A stretch of DNA of 29,744 nucleotides from NCBI GenBank assembly GCA_019058245.1, contig JAHPZJ010000011.1, positions 1 to 29,744 of the forward strand, read 5' to 3'. Of this stretch, positions 29,079-29,744 are shown piece after piece; position 1 is the stretch's first letter, and each line of letters begins with the position of its first letter. The notes beneath the pieces were generated by a model. That model was given only the letters and a program-made list of their open reading frames with translations. It was not told where the DNA came from and ran no database searches. Source of the stretch: Promethearchaeota archaeon. GTDB lineage: Archaea; Asgardarchaeota; Lokiarchaeia; Sigyniarchaeales; SOKP01. A program made the position numbers and the translations under genes.

Positions 29079-29744
29079 ATGAATAATCAAATGGAGAATT
29101 ATGGAGATAATTTTCAACAAAAATCTAAATATATTAGAAATAACTTACCACAACATCGATTAGATTGGCAAAACAAACCAAAAACATTTAAAATATACCC
29201 TAATGCTATAAAAACTATAAAGCTTGAAAAACCAGTTTTTGATGATCAAATAAAGTTTTGGAAGGTAGTTTTAAATAGAAAATCTACTCGGAAGTTTAAA
29301 CAGGAGCCGATAACGCGGTCTCATATTAATCAATTATTATATGGAATGACAGGTTTAACTCGAATTTTGACTCAATTTGCTTTTAGAACCGTTCCTTCGG
29401 CAGGAGGTTTGTTTCCTATTGAAGTATATGCAATAATAAATGATGTAGAAGAGTTAGAGAAAGGAATATATCATTATAATATTGCTCAACATATGCTAGA
29501 ATTATTAAAAGAAGGAGATTTTCGAGTGGAAATCGCGAAAGGTTGTCTAGATCAAGAAATGGCATACAATTCGGCTGCAAGTTTCGTGTGGACTGCTGTA
29601 ATAGAAAGATCTAAATGGAAATATCTTCAAAGATGCTATCGTTATATTTATTTAGATGCGGGACATATAGGACAAAATTTTTATCTTATTGCTGAAGCAT
29701 TAGGTTTAGGGGCATGTACAATAGGGGCAATATATGATGATGAG
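29079..29744 (+). CDS. SagB/ThcOx-type nitroreductase-family dehydrogenase (3'-truncated by the window edge)
   Basis: Absent from the ORF track because there is no stop in the window. Translates MNNQMENYG...NRKSTRKF...RTVPSAGGLFPIEVY...KYLQRCYRYIYLDAGHIGQN...LGACTIGAIYDDE. Confidence 0.9.
   Translation, partial: MNNQMENYGDNFQQKSKYIRNNLPQHRLDWQNKPKTFKIYPNAIKTIKLEKPVFDDQIKFWKVVLNRKSTRKFKQEPITRSHINQLLYGMTGLTRILTQFAFRTVPSAGGLFPIEVYAIINDVEELEKGIYHYNIAQHMLELLKEGDFRVEIAKGCLDQEMAYNSAASFVWTAVIERSKWKYLQRCYRYIYLDAGHIGQNFYLIAEALGLGACTIGAIYDDE

Noticed and set aside
22334-29744. Radical SAM + PQQ dehydrogenase + SagB as a PQQ or azole-RiPP cluster
   Set aside because: There is no pqqBCD, YcaO or adjacent precursor; unrelated genes intervene, and stand-alone SagB-type proteins are common in archaea.

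Overview
AT-rich archaeal chromosomal DNA, most likely Lokiarchaeia (Asgard archaea). This is inferred from an IPGY-TM-basic Loki-CTERM sorting tail, a Loki-typical 'FWxHCSNLQxW...LLHSNLAFPLL' domain, a Rab-like small GTPase and GAGGTG-type RBSs. The window holds a complete IS605-group element (tnpA + tnpB, both ends identifiable, 636-2432) and two corrinoid modules: a CpaM-like methyltransferase with an HgcAB-like fusion, and an unannotated 51-aa ORF with a B12-binding protein and a URO-D/MtaA-family protein. It also encodes surface beta-propeller proteins, an NYN ribonuclease, a membrane-anchored TPR protein, a degenerate (pseudo-)GTPase, central-metabolism genes (GapN, AcdA, malic enzyme), a radical SAM/SPASM enzyme, a ZIP transporter, a PQQ-type sugar dehydrogenase and a truncated SagB-type nitroreductase. 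The most striking item is a 1601-aa receptor-like protein: a ~1200-aa ectodomain, seven predicted TM helices (N-out/C-in) and a cytoplasmic double zinc ribbon, which is an adhesion-GPCR-like layout. All calls come from reading motifs by eye; no searches were run.
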